64,000 nt of DNA from a bacterium. Its GTDB lineage: Bacteria; Patescibacteriota; Saccharimonadia; Saccharimonadales; Saccharimonadaceae. Of the stretch, positions 26,526-35,721 are shown piece by piece (within the stretch, counting starts at the first letter, position 1; the number at the start of each line of letters is the position of its first letter). Location: the NCBI GenBank assembly GCA_043724245.1, contig JAYSMZ010000018.1, forward strand, positions 626 through 64,625. The letters are read 5' to 3'. The notes under the pieces are model-generated. The model was not told the DNA's origin, ran no database searches, and saw nothing but the letters and a program-made list of their open reading frames with translations. Made by a program: the position numbers and the translations under genes.

Positions 26526-26987
26526 ATGGACAAAGAAGAATCAGTTCAATTCGCACAAAAATATCTTGAAGATTTACTGTCTTTTTTCGGGGCCAATATT
26601 ACAGTTTCATCAACCTGCGACGAAGACGTTATCGAACTATCTGTGCCGTCAAACGAGCTAAACAGCTTGCTGATTGGCCGAAATGCCGAGACACTACGAA
26701 GCTTGCAATACATTGTATCGACGGTCCTGCGCAGCAAGGACGCGCTTCTAACGCGTGTTAATGTCGACATTGCCGACTATAAAAAGCAACGAGCCGACCG
26801 TATTGCTGTACAGGCACGTGAATGGATAGAAGAAGTCAAAAAGACCGGGGATTCGAAAGTTGTTAATATGAACGCCGCCGATAGGCGCATCGTCCACAAA
26901 GTTGCCAGCGAATATGGCGATATCCAGACATTTTCCGAAGGCGAGGGTTTTGATCGTAAACTTACAATTGCCCAAGCCGGCTCATAA
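26526..26987 (+). CDS. jag: Jag/KhpB-like RNA-binding protein (KH + R3H)
   Basis: 153 aa. The C-terminal R3H-like region is MNAADRRIVHKVASEYGDIQTFSEGEG. The gene sits in the canonical position after yidC. Confidence 0.8.
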   Translation: MDKEESVQFAQKYLEDLLSFFGANITVSSTCDEDVIELSVPSNELNSLLIGRNAETLRSLQYIVSTVLRSKDALLTRVNVDIADYKKQRADRIAVQAREWIEEVKKTGDSKVVNMNAADRRIVHKVASEYGDIQTFSEGEGFDRKLTIAQAGS

Positions 26988-26990
26988 TTA

Positions 26991-27066
26991 GCAAATGGAA
27001 TGTGGCTATTGGCTATTAGCGCGGATTAAATTCGCTATCTTCCATATTCCAATAGCTATTAGCTAG
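26991..27066. repeat. GGCTATTGG-family intergenic element, locus B
   Basis: gcaaatggaatgtggctattggctattagc...cttccatattccaatagctattagc. The first ~30 nt are nearly identical to 25032-25060. The element fills the whole jag/GT4 convergent spacer. Confidence 0.8.
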
Positions 27067-27067
27067 C

Positions 27068-28174
27068 CTACGGTCTGATATAGTTCCGTATCGCGTCGAT
27101 ATACACACTATAGGTTTGTTTTGCCATGCGTGCCCACGAATATTTTGCGATTTGTTTGTAGCCTTCTTTAATCAACTTTTTTCGCAAGTTTTCATCTGAT
27201 AGCACCTCATCAATTGCCTTTGCCATATCATCCGTGTCTAACGGATTAAAATAATGGGCTGCGTCATCATAAACCTCTGGCAAACAGGTGGCATTACTGC
27301 TGACCACGGGCGCTCCATACCCCATTGCCTCCAGTCCAGGCAACCCGAACCCTTCCAATAGCGAAGGGAATACGTACGCGGCTGTGTTTTGGTACAGCCA
27401 ATCACGCTGCGGGTTTGGCAAGAAATCGGTAAAATGAATGTTTTTGTAACCTTTGCTTTCAAAATATTTTTTGTTTATCAAGGCACTGGCGTTGATTTTA
27501 CCAACTAATATCAGCCCCAAATCCGGGTATTTTTTTAATAATTTCTGATGAGCTTCACCTAACCTTTTTATATTTTTATAATCACTTTGCTGGCCGACGT
27601 ACATAAGGTATTTCTTGAATGGGGTTTGGTAGGCTACAACTTCACTTATGAAAATATCAGCAGACTCGGGAGTTACGGCAATTTTATCCGGCGATAACTT
27701 TTTGTCAAACTTTAACAGCTCGTTTTTGGTGAATTTACTTGGCGTCAATATAAATCGGCTGGTTTTTAAAACGCGCCTGAAAACAAACTTGCCAATAAAC
27801 TGTTTAAAGTGAAAAATTAACCAGTTTTTATCGGAATTATAAGTTTTTAATAGCGACAAATCGTGAAAAGTAGTTACGTGGGCACCTTTATACAAAACCG
27901 GTTGCTGGGGCATGCAAAAATGCACTAAATCGGGGTGCAGTTCGTCCAAATAAAACTTGAACCCGATCTGTTCAGACAGCGAATAATTATTGTATTTAAT
28001 TGTCCTGACATGAAAATTATCGTTTGTTGGTTTCCAATAATCTTTGTCTTTTTCGGGTACCAAAACCGTGTAATAAGTGACCGAGTCGATTTTTTGCAGA
28101 TAATGCAACAGTCGCTCGACATACATTCCAGTCGAAGTATTGATAATTCTGGCATCGATAGCAATATGACGCAT
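27068..28174 (-). CDS. Glycosyltransferase family 4 (GT-B)
   Basis: 368 aa. C-terminal EX7E-type motif: FPSLLEGFGLPGLEAMGYGAPVVSSNATCLPEV. Confidence 0.8.
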   Translation of the reverse strand: MRHIAIDARIINTSTGMYVERLLHYLQKIDSVTYYTVLVPEKDKDYWKPTNDNFHVRTIKYNNYSLSEQIGFKFYLDELHPDLVHFCMPQQPVLYKGAHVTTFHDLSLLKTYNSDKNWLIFHFKQFIGKFVFRRVLKTSRFILTPSKFTKNELLKFDKKLSPDKIAVTPESADIFISEVVAYQTPFKKYLMYVGQQSDYKNIKRLGEAHQKLLKKYPDLGLILVGKINASALINKKYFESKGYKNIHFTDFLPNPQRDWLYQNTAAYVFPSLLEGFGLPGLEAMGYGAPVVSSNATCLPEVYDDAAHYFNPLDTDDMAKAIDEVLSDENLRKKLIKEGYKQIAKYSWARMAKQTYSVYIDAIRNYIRP

Positions 28175-28204
28175 TAATTCAAGTATATCATCAGGTGTGA
28201 TTAT

Positions 28205-28804
28205 CTATCGTTGAACAATTGATGATTTTACAGTATCCACTAGCCTTGCAGGGTGAATAACCCAAATGCCGTGACCCGCCGAAAGATGAGTTTCAGGGTT
28301 GTCGGTAGGCTTTTTTGTATAAACCTCTACATGGCCTGCTGGCTCATGGTTAACAACGCCAATCGATCCATCATAAGCTTGTGCGATAGAAAAATTAGTT
28401 TCGGATCCTTGCAAATCCAGGTTAAACGGACCTCGTTGGCCTGACCGTACATCAAGTTCCCCTTGTTTTCTGCTGAAATCCAATATTTCTGGGAACTCGT
28501 TGGGAATATGTCTGGCAAAACATGTGACGTCGACATATTCTGGTCGTCTCCAGCCTCTTGAATCTATTCTGGCCATCGCATCGATGATATAATACATTTC
28601 TTTTTCGGTTTTTATTACCGTCATTAGGTCCTGATAGATACCATCAAGTGTGTTCGAGCAACACGCCATACTTTGATCGCCGTGTGTCACGGGGGGGATT
28701 TCATGGATGACTTCGGGTTCAAGAAGTGTCGGTACATAAAGTCTTTTTAGTTCCGCGACCAACCCCTCGGTAGGTGATAATTCAACCTTTTGCTCAGGTG
28801 ACAT
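28205..28804 (-). CDS. Hypothetical protein (orphan)
   Basis: 199-aa ORF with no motif I recognise. It is divergent from the RHH/RelE pair. Confidence 0.5.
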   Translation of the reverse strand: MSPEQKVELSPTEGLVAELKRLYVPTLLEPEVIHEIPPVTHGDQSMACCSNTLDGIYQDLMTVIKTEKEMYYIIDAMARIDSRGWRRPEYVDVTCFARHIPNEFPEILDFSRKQGELDVRSGQRGPFNLDLQGSETNFSIAQAYDGSIGVVNHEPAGHVEVYTKKPTDNPETHLSAGHGIWVIHPARLVDTVKSSIVQR

Positions 28805-28943
28805 AGTGAAACTCCCTTTTATAAAACGTTACTAATATAATAGCATTTTTTATACACACTGTCGATTTGATGTTTACAGCTATACATATATGCATATTGA
28901 TGCATTGATGTAAGTATGTTATTATGTAAATAAGGAGAAAATT

Positions 28944-29162
28944 ATGCGTACAACAATCACAATTAACGACACATTATTCCGAGCCCTCAAGATGCGTGCC
29001 TTCGAAGCCGATGAAAGCATCTCTAAACTCGTCGAGGATGCTGTTAAATATCAAATTCTAGAGGATTTGGAAGATATCGAAGACGCCAAGGCCCGTGAAA
29101 ACGAGCCAAGCTATTCATTTGACAATCTTGTCGCTAGTTTCAAGGCCGAAGGTTTGCTTTAA
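28944..29162 (+). CDS. Ribbon-helix-helix-type antitoxin
   Basis: 72 aa. N-terminal MRTTITINDTLFRALKMRA (RHH-like beta-strand and helix) with an acidic C-terminus. AAGGAG RBS at 28932-28937. It lies directly upstream of the RelE-like toxin. Confidence 0.65.
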   Translation: MRTTITINDTLFRALKMRAFEADESISKLVEDAVKYQILEDLEDIEDAKARENEPSYSFDNLVASFKAEGLL

Positions 29163-29166
29163 TTAT

Positions 29167-29415
29167 ATGTACAAAAAATCAGTTGAAAAAGACCTGCGGA
29201 AGTTACCAAAATCTGTTTTAAAGCAGATTGTTAGAAAAATCCAAACACTTGCTAAAAACCCACTACAGAACAGCTCGGTCAAACTAAGGGGCGCCACAAA
29301 CCTGTATAGAATCAGGCATACGGATTATCGCATTATTTACAGCTTTAACAATGACGAGCTAGTAATACTAGTAATCAAAATTGCTCATCGTAAAGATGTT
29401 TATAAAGGTTTTTAA
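29167..29415 (+). CDS. RelE/ParE-family type II toxin
   Basis: 82 aa from ATG 29167: MYKKSVEKDLRKLPKSVLKQIVRKIQTLAKNPL...LYRIRHTDYRIIYSFNNDELVILVIKIAHRKDVY. This is the classic RelE/ParE pattern. The track ORF start at 29095 lies within the antitoxin gene. Confidence 0.75.
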   Translation: MYKKSVEKDLRKLPKSVLKQIVRKIQTLAKNPLQNSSVKLRGATNLYRIRHTDYRIIYSFNNDELVILVIKIAHRKDVYKGF

Positions 29416-29960
29416 GATTTATTTATAAAAACGAATTTTTTGTACATTAGATAATTCCAAGTCAATGATGCGGCAGTAGCCAGGCCCTTGCCAAGGAATA
29501 AGACCAAATACTTCGCTTTAAACCACGAACCCAGCGCTTCCCCTAGCCATTTTACAGGTTGACTATCGGTAAACCACGGACCCAATAGCATATTTACACC
29601 TTCGATGATAATCGGCTGGATAACCCACATGCCGATAACTGTAATAATCACAAAATAGATCATATGTCGTTTTGTAATGTTTTTGGCTTTGAATGTGAAC
29701 GATTTGTTGGTGAAAAAGCTAAAGACCATCGCGACCGAGGTCGAAAAGAAGTTACTGGGAAGATTTGGAAAACCGCCAAATACAACCAACGCGAACAAGA
29801 TTCCCCAATCAATCGCCGTTGCGGTCAGGCCGACCATCACAAAACGGATTTGTTCAGCGAATCTTTTTATCAGATTTTTCAATGTTGCTTTCCTCGATGT
29901 AATAAAGTGGGCGCTGTTTGACCTCTTTGAATATTCGTCCGATATATTCACCAATAACAC
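29412..29960 (-). CDS. GtrA-family membrane protein
   Basis: Four TM helices, with an N-terminal RF.MVGLTATAIDWGILF motif typical of GtrA. The real start is probably the internal TTG at 29882 or later, because the track start overlaps the GT2 gene by 107 nt. Confidence 0.65.
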   Translation of the reverse strand: MLLVNISDEYSKRSNSAHFITSRKATLKNLIKRFAEQIRFVMVGLTATAIDWGILFALVVFGGFPNLPSNFFSTSVAMVFSFFTNKSFTFKAKNITKRHMIYFVIITVIGMWVIQPIIIEGVNMLLGPWFTDSQPVKWLGEALGSWFKAKYLVLFLGKGLATAASLTWNYLMYKKFVFINKS

Positions 29961-30813
29961 CTAACGACAACAGCTGTACGCCCCCCAGGAACAGCACGAT
30001 TGCCATCAATGATGGGTATCCGGCGACGGAATCACCAAATAATGCGGCTTTGAAAACTACGACAATCAGGTAAATAAAGGCGACGGCGGATACAATTACG
30101 CCAAAAAATGAAGAAATCCTTAGAGGTGTTGTCGAAAACGATGTAATACCGTCAATTGCCAGATTTATCAGTTTTCGCCAGTTTTGTTTGACTTCGCCGG
30201 CAGCACGCGGATCGCGGTCATAAGTAATTTCCTTTTTCTTGAAACCAACCCAGCTGAACATTCCTTTGGTATAGCGCTCCGATTCGCGAAGCTGTTTTAA
30301 GGCCTCGACGCAGCGTTTATCCAGCAGGCGGAAATCACCGGTGTTTCGAGGGATTTTAATCAGTTGACCCTGGGTCATTTTGTTTAACAACCAGTAATAG
30401 GTATTAGCAGTCACTATTTTTATCCAAGTTTCACCTTCTCGACTGCTACGTTTGGCGTAAACGTCATCATATCCCTCTTCCCAGAATTTAATCATTTTCG
30501 GAATCAGTTCCGGCGGATCCTGCAAATCGGCATCAATAATCACCGTTGCATCACCTATCACATGGTCCAAACCGGCAATCATGCCGATTTCTTTGCCAAA
30601 ATTGCGCGACAAACTGACGTATTTAACGCGGTCGTCTTTTTTGGCGTAATCTTTGATTATTTCCAAGGTTTTATCGTGGCTACCATCATCGGCGAACAAA
30701 AACTCGAATTCATACGATTTATTATCGTTGGCTAGTTTACCAATGCGTTGATAAAGGTGGCCCAAAACTTCTTGCTCGTTATAAGCGGGGATAAGAATAC
30801 TAATTTTTTTCAT
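29854..30813 (-). CDS. GT2 polyprenyl-phosphate hexosyltransferase (GtrB/DPM1-like)
   Basis: 319 aa. Motifs ISILIPAYNEQ, FADDGSHDKT, IIDADLQDPPE and two C-terminal TM helices. Confidence 0.85.
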   Translation of the reverse strand: MKKISILIPAYNEQEVLGHLYQRIGKLANDNKSYEFEFLFADDGSHDKTLEIIKDYAKKDDRVKYVSLSRNFGKEIGMIAGLDHVIGDATVIIDADLQDPPELIPKMIKFWEEGYDDVYAKRSSREGETWIKIVTANTYYWLLNKMTQGQLIKIPRNTGDFRLLDKRCVEALKQLRESERYTKGMFSWVGFKKKEITYDRDPRAAGEVKQNWRKLINLAIDGITSFSTTPLRISSFFGVIVSAVAFIYLIVVVFKAALFGDSVAGYPSLMAIVLFLGGVQLLSLGVIGEYIGRIFKEVKQRPLYYIEESNIEKSDKKIR

Positions 30814-30944
30814 CAGTACCAGTATAACGCAAGTTGGTAGGTAGTAGGTAGTAGTTGGTGTTTGGGAATTAGAGACAATACAATCAGGCTTATTAATTGA
30901 TGATAAAGTTATGTGTTTATGCTTAGCTCTGATATATTGATATT

Positions 30945-31550
30945 ATGACCCCAAAACAAATCAAGGTTTATCTTGCTAAATACACAGACAAGAAATCTAG
31001 GACAATCGTTATTGTTGATTTTGGGAACGTTGAAAAATGGAAAAAAAGTTTGGGTTGGCTTGTAGGGATACAAGAACTAGCGACACTTGCAAAGAACTTC
31101 TCTTCTGGTCAAAAATTCCTAAGACGATTTTATTACGGGATAGATTATGGTAGTTCAGAGTCCAGTAATGCACCTACGCCGTGGTCTGACGGCATCCTAA
31201 AGCGTGCTGACGCTAATGGTATGCATGTTATAAAAAAGAGGGTAAAGTACATTCATTCAACAGACAATCGTAAAGGGTTTGAGAAAAAATGCGACCTTGA
31301 CGTTGAGATGACAGTCGATTTGATTCGCGAGCGCGATAATTACGATACAATAGTTTTGTTTTCTGGGGATGGTGACTTAGCTTATGCTATAAACTATCTG
31401 CATCAGGAGTATGGGAAAAGCTGCATTGTTTTTGGTGCACGCGATCACGTCGGTAGGGAAATATTTGATGCAAAAACGTCAGGTTCAGTGACGGATATAT
31501 TTTTTGCCGAAGATTTTGAGTATAGATTGAACAAAGATCGTAAAAAGTAG
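30945..31550 (+). CDS. NYN/LabA-like (PIN-fold) domain protein
   Basis: 201 aa. Motifs VIVDFGNVEKW ... DLDVEMTVDLI ... IVLFSGDGDLAYAINYL, matching the acidic residue pattern of the NYN domain. Confidence 0.7.
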   Translation: MTPKQIKVYLAKYTDKKSRTIVIVDFGNVEKWKKSLGWLVGIQELATLAKNFSSGQKFLRRFYYGIDYGSSESSNAPTPWSDGILKRADANGMHVIKKRVKYIHSTDNRKGFEKKCDLDVEMTVDLIRERDNYDTIVLFSGDGDLAYAINYLHQEYGKSCIVFGARDHVGREIFDAKTSGSVTDIFFAEDFEYRLNKDRKK

Positions 31551-31560
31551 TGATAATTCA

Positions 31561-31584
31561 AAAGCTCACCTTGCGGTGAGCTTT
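31561..31584. terminator. Strong hairpin terminator between convergent genes
   Basis: AAAGCTCACC (31561-31570), loop TTGC, GGTGAGCTTT (31575-31584). This is a perfect 10-bp stem flanked by A/T runs on both sides. Confidence 0.7.
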
Positions 31585-31766
31585 GATCAAAATCCGGTGA
31601 ACCTAATGTCCACTCAGTATTATATACTGAATATGAACATAAATCAATATACCTGTCAAATTATACATAACTTTATATGTATAACAGATTATAAATTATT
31701 GATAATAATACAACACTTAATGCTAATGTTTATAAAAAAACAAATGGAGTTAATTTTCGCTATTTT

Positions 31767-33062
31767 CTAATACCTATAATGGTCTGATTTGAAAGGTCCG
31801 TTTTCAGGAATATTTAGGTATTCACTCTGTGTTTTGGTAAGTTTCGTCAGCTTTGCGCCCAGTTGATCTAAATGTAACCTTGCAACCTTTTCGTCCAAAT
31901 GTTTTGGCAACATATATACGCCAATTTTATATTTTTTGGTGAACAACTCGATTTGCGCCAGAACCTGGTTAGTAAACGAATTTGACATCACAAACGAAGG
32001 GTGACCAGTTGCACATCCCAGATTTACTAACCTACCTTCTGCCAGTAGGATAATTCGATGGCCATCAGGGAAGGTGTACATATCTACTTGCGGCTTGATA
32101 ACCTCTTTTTTAATACCCTTGAACTTATTTAGTTCAGCAACTTGTATTTCGATATCAAAATGTCCAATATTGCATACTATCGCCGTATCCTTCATTTTTG
32201 CCATATGTTCGATTCTAATGATGTCACGACAACCAGTGGTCGTTACGAAAATGTCACCAACCTTGACGGCTTCCTCCATAGTAACGACTTGGTGACCCTC
32301 CATTAATGCCTGTAGGGCGCATATCGGATCAATTTCGGTAACTAACACGCGACAGCCGTAGGCTGCAAGCGACTTGACGCTGCCCTTGCCGACATCACCA
32401 TATCCCGCTACAACCGCAACTTTGCCGGCCAGCATAATATCTGTTGCTCGTTTAATGCCGTCAACTAATGATTCACGGCAGCCATATAAATTGTCAAACT
32501 TAGATTTAGTGACGCTGTCGTTCACATTTATCGCTGGTATTTTTAATTCGCCTTTTTCAAGCATCGTGTACAAATGATGGACTCCGGTAGTTGTTTCTTC
32601 GGATACGCCTTTGATGTCTTTCAATAGCTCTGGGTGTTTTTGATGAATCAGGCCAGTTACATCTCCGCCATCATCCAACAGTATATTTGGGCCTTTGCCA
32701 CCTGCAAACTTTAATGTCTGCTCGGTGCACCACCAATATTCTTCTTCGGTTTCACCTTTCCAGGCAAAAACAGGTACGCCGGCCTTTGCTATTGCTGCCG
32801 CTGCGTGGTCTTGGGTCGAAAATATATTACATGAAGCCCAACGGACATCTGCGCCTAGTGCGACCAACGTTTCTATTAAAACCGCAGTCTGTATGGTCAT
32901 ATGTAGCGATCCGGCAATTCTGGCGCCCTTTAGGGGTTTGGATTTGCCATATTCAGTCCTTAAGCTCATTAGCCCTGGCATTTCTTTTTCAGCTAAGTTA
33001 ATTTCTTTTCTACCCCAATCAGCCAGAGAAATGTCACGAATTTTATAATCTGTATTTGCCAT
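31767..33062 (-). CDS. ahcY: Adenosylhomocysteinase
   Basis: 431 aa. Motifs [26 protein letters not shown]-binding GYGDVGKG, and C-terminal YRY. Confidence 0.95.
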   Translation of the reverse strand: MANTDYKIRDISLADWGRKEINLAEKEMPGLMSLRTEYGKSKPLKGARIAGSLHMTIQTAVLIETLVALGADVRWASCNIFSTQDHAAAAIAKAGVPVFAWKGETEEEYWWCTEQTLKFAGGKGPNILLDDGGDVTGLIHQKHPELLKDIKGVSEETTTGVHHLYTMLEKGELKIPAINVNDSVTKSKFDNLYGCRESLVDGIKRATDIMLAGKVAVVAGYGDVGKGSVKSLAAYGCRVLVTEIDPICALQALMEGHQVVTMEEAVKVGDIFVTTTGCRDIIRIEHMAKMKDTAIVCNIGHFDIEIQVAELNKFKGIKKEVIKPQVDMYTFPDGHRIILLAEGRLVNLGCATGHPSFVMSNSFTNQVLAQIELFTKKYKIGVYMLPKHLDEKVARLHLDQLGAKLTKLTKTQSEYLNIPENGPFKSDHYRY

Positions 33063-33076
33063 AATGCTCCTTTGTC

Positions 33077-34030
33077 CTATATTATTATTTTCTCGTTAAA
33101 GTTATCTGCGTATCTCTTTATATACTCAGTTTTGGTGAACGTAAAATCTTGGGTTCCGTGAGTTTCAACGGCGTAAACAGACGAAACGGCGCCTAACTTA
33201 CCGCACATTTCTAAATCCAAACCTCGAACGTAGCCCATTAAAAACCCCGCCCTAAATGAATCGCCAGCGCCGGTTGGGTCTACGGCGCTAATCGGACGGG
33301 CGACTGGTACTTCGATTTTGCGCTTTACGTTTTTCCCGGTAATTTCGGAACCGTTTTTGCCTTTCGTGACAACGACAACCGGTATTTTTTTCAGGATTTC
33401 ATCTGTTGTCATGTCAACTCGTTCGGCCAGCATCGAAATTTCGTATTCGTTTAGAATCAACAACTCGGCTGTGTTGATAGCATCAACTAAATCTTTTTTA
33501 GGCACGGTTATTACTTGTTGGCCGATATCATAAAACATTCTTAAGTTATACTTTTTACATTCGGCCACTCGACGTCGCATTGCCACAGGGTCGTGGGGTG
33601 AAATTACGATAAAGACATCATCGCCTTTCCATTTTTCCAACGACTGATTGTCGCCATCAGACATTGCGCCCGGGTGGAACCCGCCAATTTGATTTTGGTC
33701 AGAATCGGTAAGTACATTAAAACTTGCCGTTGGTTTTTTGCTGCGGTTAACGTGTTCGACATCAACACCGGTTTTCGACAACTTTTCCATATATTGTTCG
33801 GCGTCGGGACCGACCGATCCTACTAAAATTGGCTTTTCGCCCAGTAGTGCCAGGGTGCGGCTGATATTGGCGCCAACTCCGCCGTGTTTATCTACGACCT
33901 TGTCCAAAAACATACTAATTGACAGAACATGAATTTTTTCAGGCTTAATAATATCCTGGTATCGTCCAGAGAAATTCATTATTCGATCGATGGCAATCGA
34001 CCCACAAATTATTATTTTCGGTAAACTCAC
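33077..34030 (-). CDS. PfkB-family carbohydrate/nucleoside kinase (adenosine kinase candidate)
   Basis: 317 aa. PfkB signature [16 protein letters not shown] start. Adjacent to ahcY. Confidence 0.75.
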   Translation of the reverse strand: MSLPKIIICGSIAIDRIMNFSGRYQDIIKPEKIHVLSISMFLDKVVDKHGGVGANISRTLALLGEKPILVGSVGPDAEQYMEKLSKTGVDVEHVNRSKKPTASFNVLTDSDQNQIGGFHPGAMSDGDNQSLEKWKGDDVFIVISPHDPVAMRRRVAECKKYNLRMFYDIGQQVITVPKKDLVDAINTAELLILNEYEISMLAERVDMTTDEILKKIPVVVVTKGKNGSEITGKNVKRKIEVPVARPISAVDPTGAGDSFRAGFLMGYVRGLDLEMCGKLGAVSSVYAVETHGTQDFTFTKTEYIKRYADNFNEKIII

Positions 34031-34104
34031 TTAACTAATAATACCATTTTTAATAATCTACTTAAAACAGACAATAATTTTTTGTAATGTATAATAATAT
34101 AATT

Positions 34105-34653
34105 ATGTCAGAATTATTGCATGAATTATCAAAAATCAATACCAGCGTATCGGTTAGCAAATCACTGTTAGTTGATGGTATCGAACGCCGAATGACCGAC
34201 TATGGCTATACGGTAGTTGATCGGAATGACCAAAAACCTTGGGGTGCATATTTAAGGTTTTCTAATGATGAGGCAGATTCATTTGTTGAAGAATTTTTCC
34301 CAGAATTAACCCCGTCTGAAGCTAGGCTTGGGAACAAGGGCGCCGAACTAAGCCCTAAAATCTTGATAGTGTCACCGAATCAAAGATTAAGTTGGCAGTA
34401 TCATAACCTACGAGCTGAACGCTGGGCTTTTTTGACTGACGGGCTTTATGATAAAAGCATGACAGACCAAGAAGAAGGTGTTCAGACCGTACGCGCTGGT
34501 GAAACCGTACAATTTGCTGCAGAGGAACGTCATCGACTTATCGGCCGTGCAGCTGCTTACACGTTGGTCACCGAAATATGGAAACACCTAGATTCAAATA
34601 ACCTATCAAGTGAAGACGATGTTGTTCGACTAGCAGACGATTATTCGCGTTAA
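34105..34653 (+). CDS. Cupin protein resembling the type II phosphomannose isomerase domain
   Basis: KPWGAYLRF ... QRLSWQYHNLRAERWAFL ... ERHRLIG resembles the C-terminal cupin of bifunctional ManC/PMI. ATG 34105 (MSELLHEL) is preferred over 34087. Confidence 0.6.
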   Translation: MSELLHELSKINTSVSVSKSLLVDGIERRMTDYGYTVVDRNDQKPWGAYLRFSNDEADSFVEEFFPELTPSEARLGNKGAELSPKILIVSPNQRLSWQYHNLRAERWAFLTDGLYDKSMTDQEEGVQTVRAGETVQFAAEERHRLIGRAAAYTLVTEIWKHLDSNNLSSEDDVVRLADDYSR

Positions 34654-34714
34654 CAATGATATAATATTAATTACGATTTATTAGTTACAAGCTAACTTGG
34701 GGGAGATATTTCAA

Positions 34715-35710
34715 ATGGCAAAAAAGAAACGAGCATTAATTACTGGTATTACCGGCCAAGATGGTGGTCATCTGGCTCAACTTCTTCACGAAAAAGGTTA
34801 TGAGGTTTTCGGAATTATACGCGGACAACACAATCCAAAACGCGAAAAAGTTATGGCTGAATATCCATACGTTAACCTGGTTGAAGCCGATTTGACCGAC
34901 CAGTCATCATTAGTTCGTGCCATGATTGTCGCAAAGCCTGGCGAGGTTTATAACCTGGCTGCGATTAGCCATGTTGGTTATTCATTCAAAAACCCACAGC
35001 TGACATTTGAAGTAACTGGCAAGGGTGTGCTAAATATGTTGGAGGCTATTCGTTTAACTGACCCCGAAAATAAAGTTCGGTTTTACCAGGCATCAACCTC
35101 TGAAATGTTTGGCGGACTTGACTATAATCGTCCAAAAAATGGCTATAACGAAGAAGCATTATTTCACCCTCGTAGCCCGTACGGTGTAGCAAAGTTGTAT
35201 GGTTTCTGGATTACAAAAAATTATCGTGAAAGTTATAAGATGTTTGCAGTTTCGGGTATCCTGTTCAACCACGAAGGCGAACGACGCGGTGATGAGTTTG
35301 TGACTCGTAAAATTTCCAAAGCCGTCGCGCGCATTAAACTTGGCCTTCAGGATCATATTGAACTAGGTGATTTATGGCCAAAGCGAGACTGGGGCTATGC
35401 CGGTGATTACGTCGAAGGAATGTGGCGTATGTTACAGCAAGAAAAGCCGGATGATTATGTCCTGGCAACAGGTGAAACCCATTCTATTGAGGATTTCTTG
35501 GCCGAAGCATTCAAACAGATTGGAATTGATGACTGGCATCCTTACGTGAAACAAAACCCAGCTTTCATGCGTCCAGCAGAAGTTGACATTTTGCTTGGCG
35601 ATCCTTCAAAAGCAGAAAAAGTGTTGGGCTGGAGGCGTAAAGTAGACTTCAAAGGCCTGGTTGCACTGATGGTTAAAAACGACATTACAATTGAATCTGA
35701 AAAGATATAA
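34715..35710 (+). CDS. gmd: GDP-mannose 4,6-dehydratase
   Basis: ALITGITGQDGGHLAQLL, SPYGVAKLYGFW (YxxxK), and ILFNHEGERRGDEFVTRKI. ATG 34715 follows a GGGGAG RBS. Confidence 0.92.
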   Translation: MAKKKRALITGITGQDGGHLAQLLHEKGYEVFGIIRGQHNPKREKVMAEYPYVNLVEADLTDQSSLVRAMIVAKPGEVYNLAAISHVGYSFKNPQLTFEVTGKGVLNMLEAIRLTDPENKVRFYQASTSEMFGGLDYNRPKNGYNEEALFHPRSPYGVAKLYGFWITKNYRESYKMFAVSGILFNHEGERRGDEFVTRKISKAVARIKLGLQDHIELGDLWPKRDWGYAGDYVEGMWRMLQQEKPDDYVLATGETHSIEDFLAEAFKQIGIDDWHPYVKQNPAFMRPAEVDILLGDPSKAEKVLGWRRKVDFKGLVALMVKNDITIESEKI

Positions 35711-35721
35711 TATTCCGGTTC

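Noticed and set aside
30831-30866. GGTAG/GTAGTAG low-complexity run (gttggtaggtagtaggtagtagttggtg) upstream of the gtrB-like gene.
   Set aside because: It occurs once, and I found no matching copy elsewhere in the window. It may be a promoter-proximal oddity, but I cannot support a function.
24761-30980. A 19-nt near-repeat tcaagg(c/t)ttatcttgctaaa at 24761-24780 (rpmH promoter region) and 30960-30979 (inside the NYN gene).
   Set aside because: It is a single pair with one mismatch, and one copy is coding. A rough estimate of its chance frequency in a window this size is about one.
31576-31770. 64-aa ORF in the AT-rich spacer after the NYN gene.
   Set aside because: It has an extreme AT-driven composition (Ile/Asn/Tyr/Lys/Phe-rich), starts inside the terminator hairpin and overlaps the ahcY stop. 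It is probably spurious.
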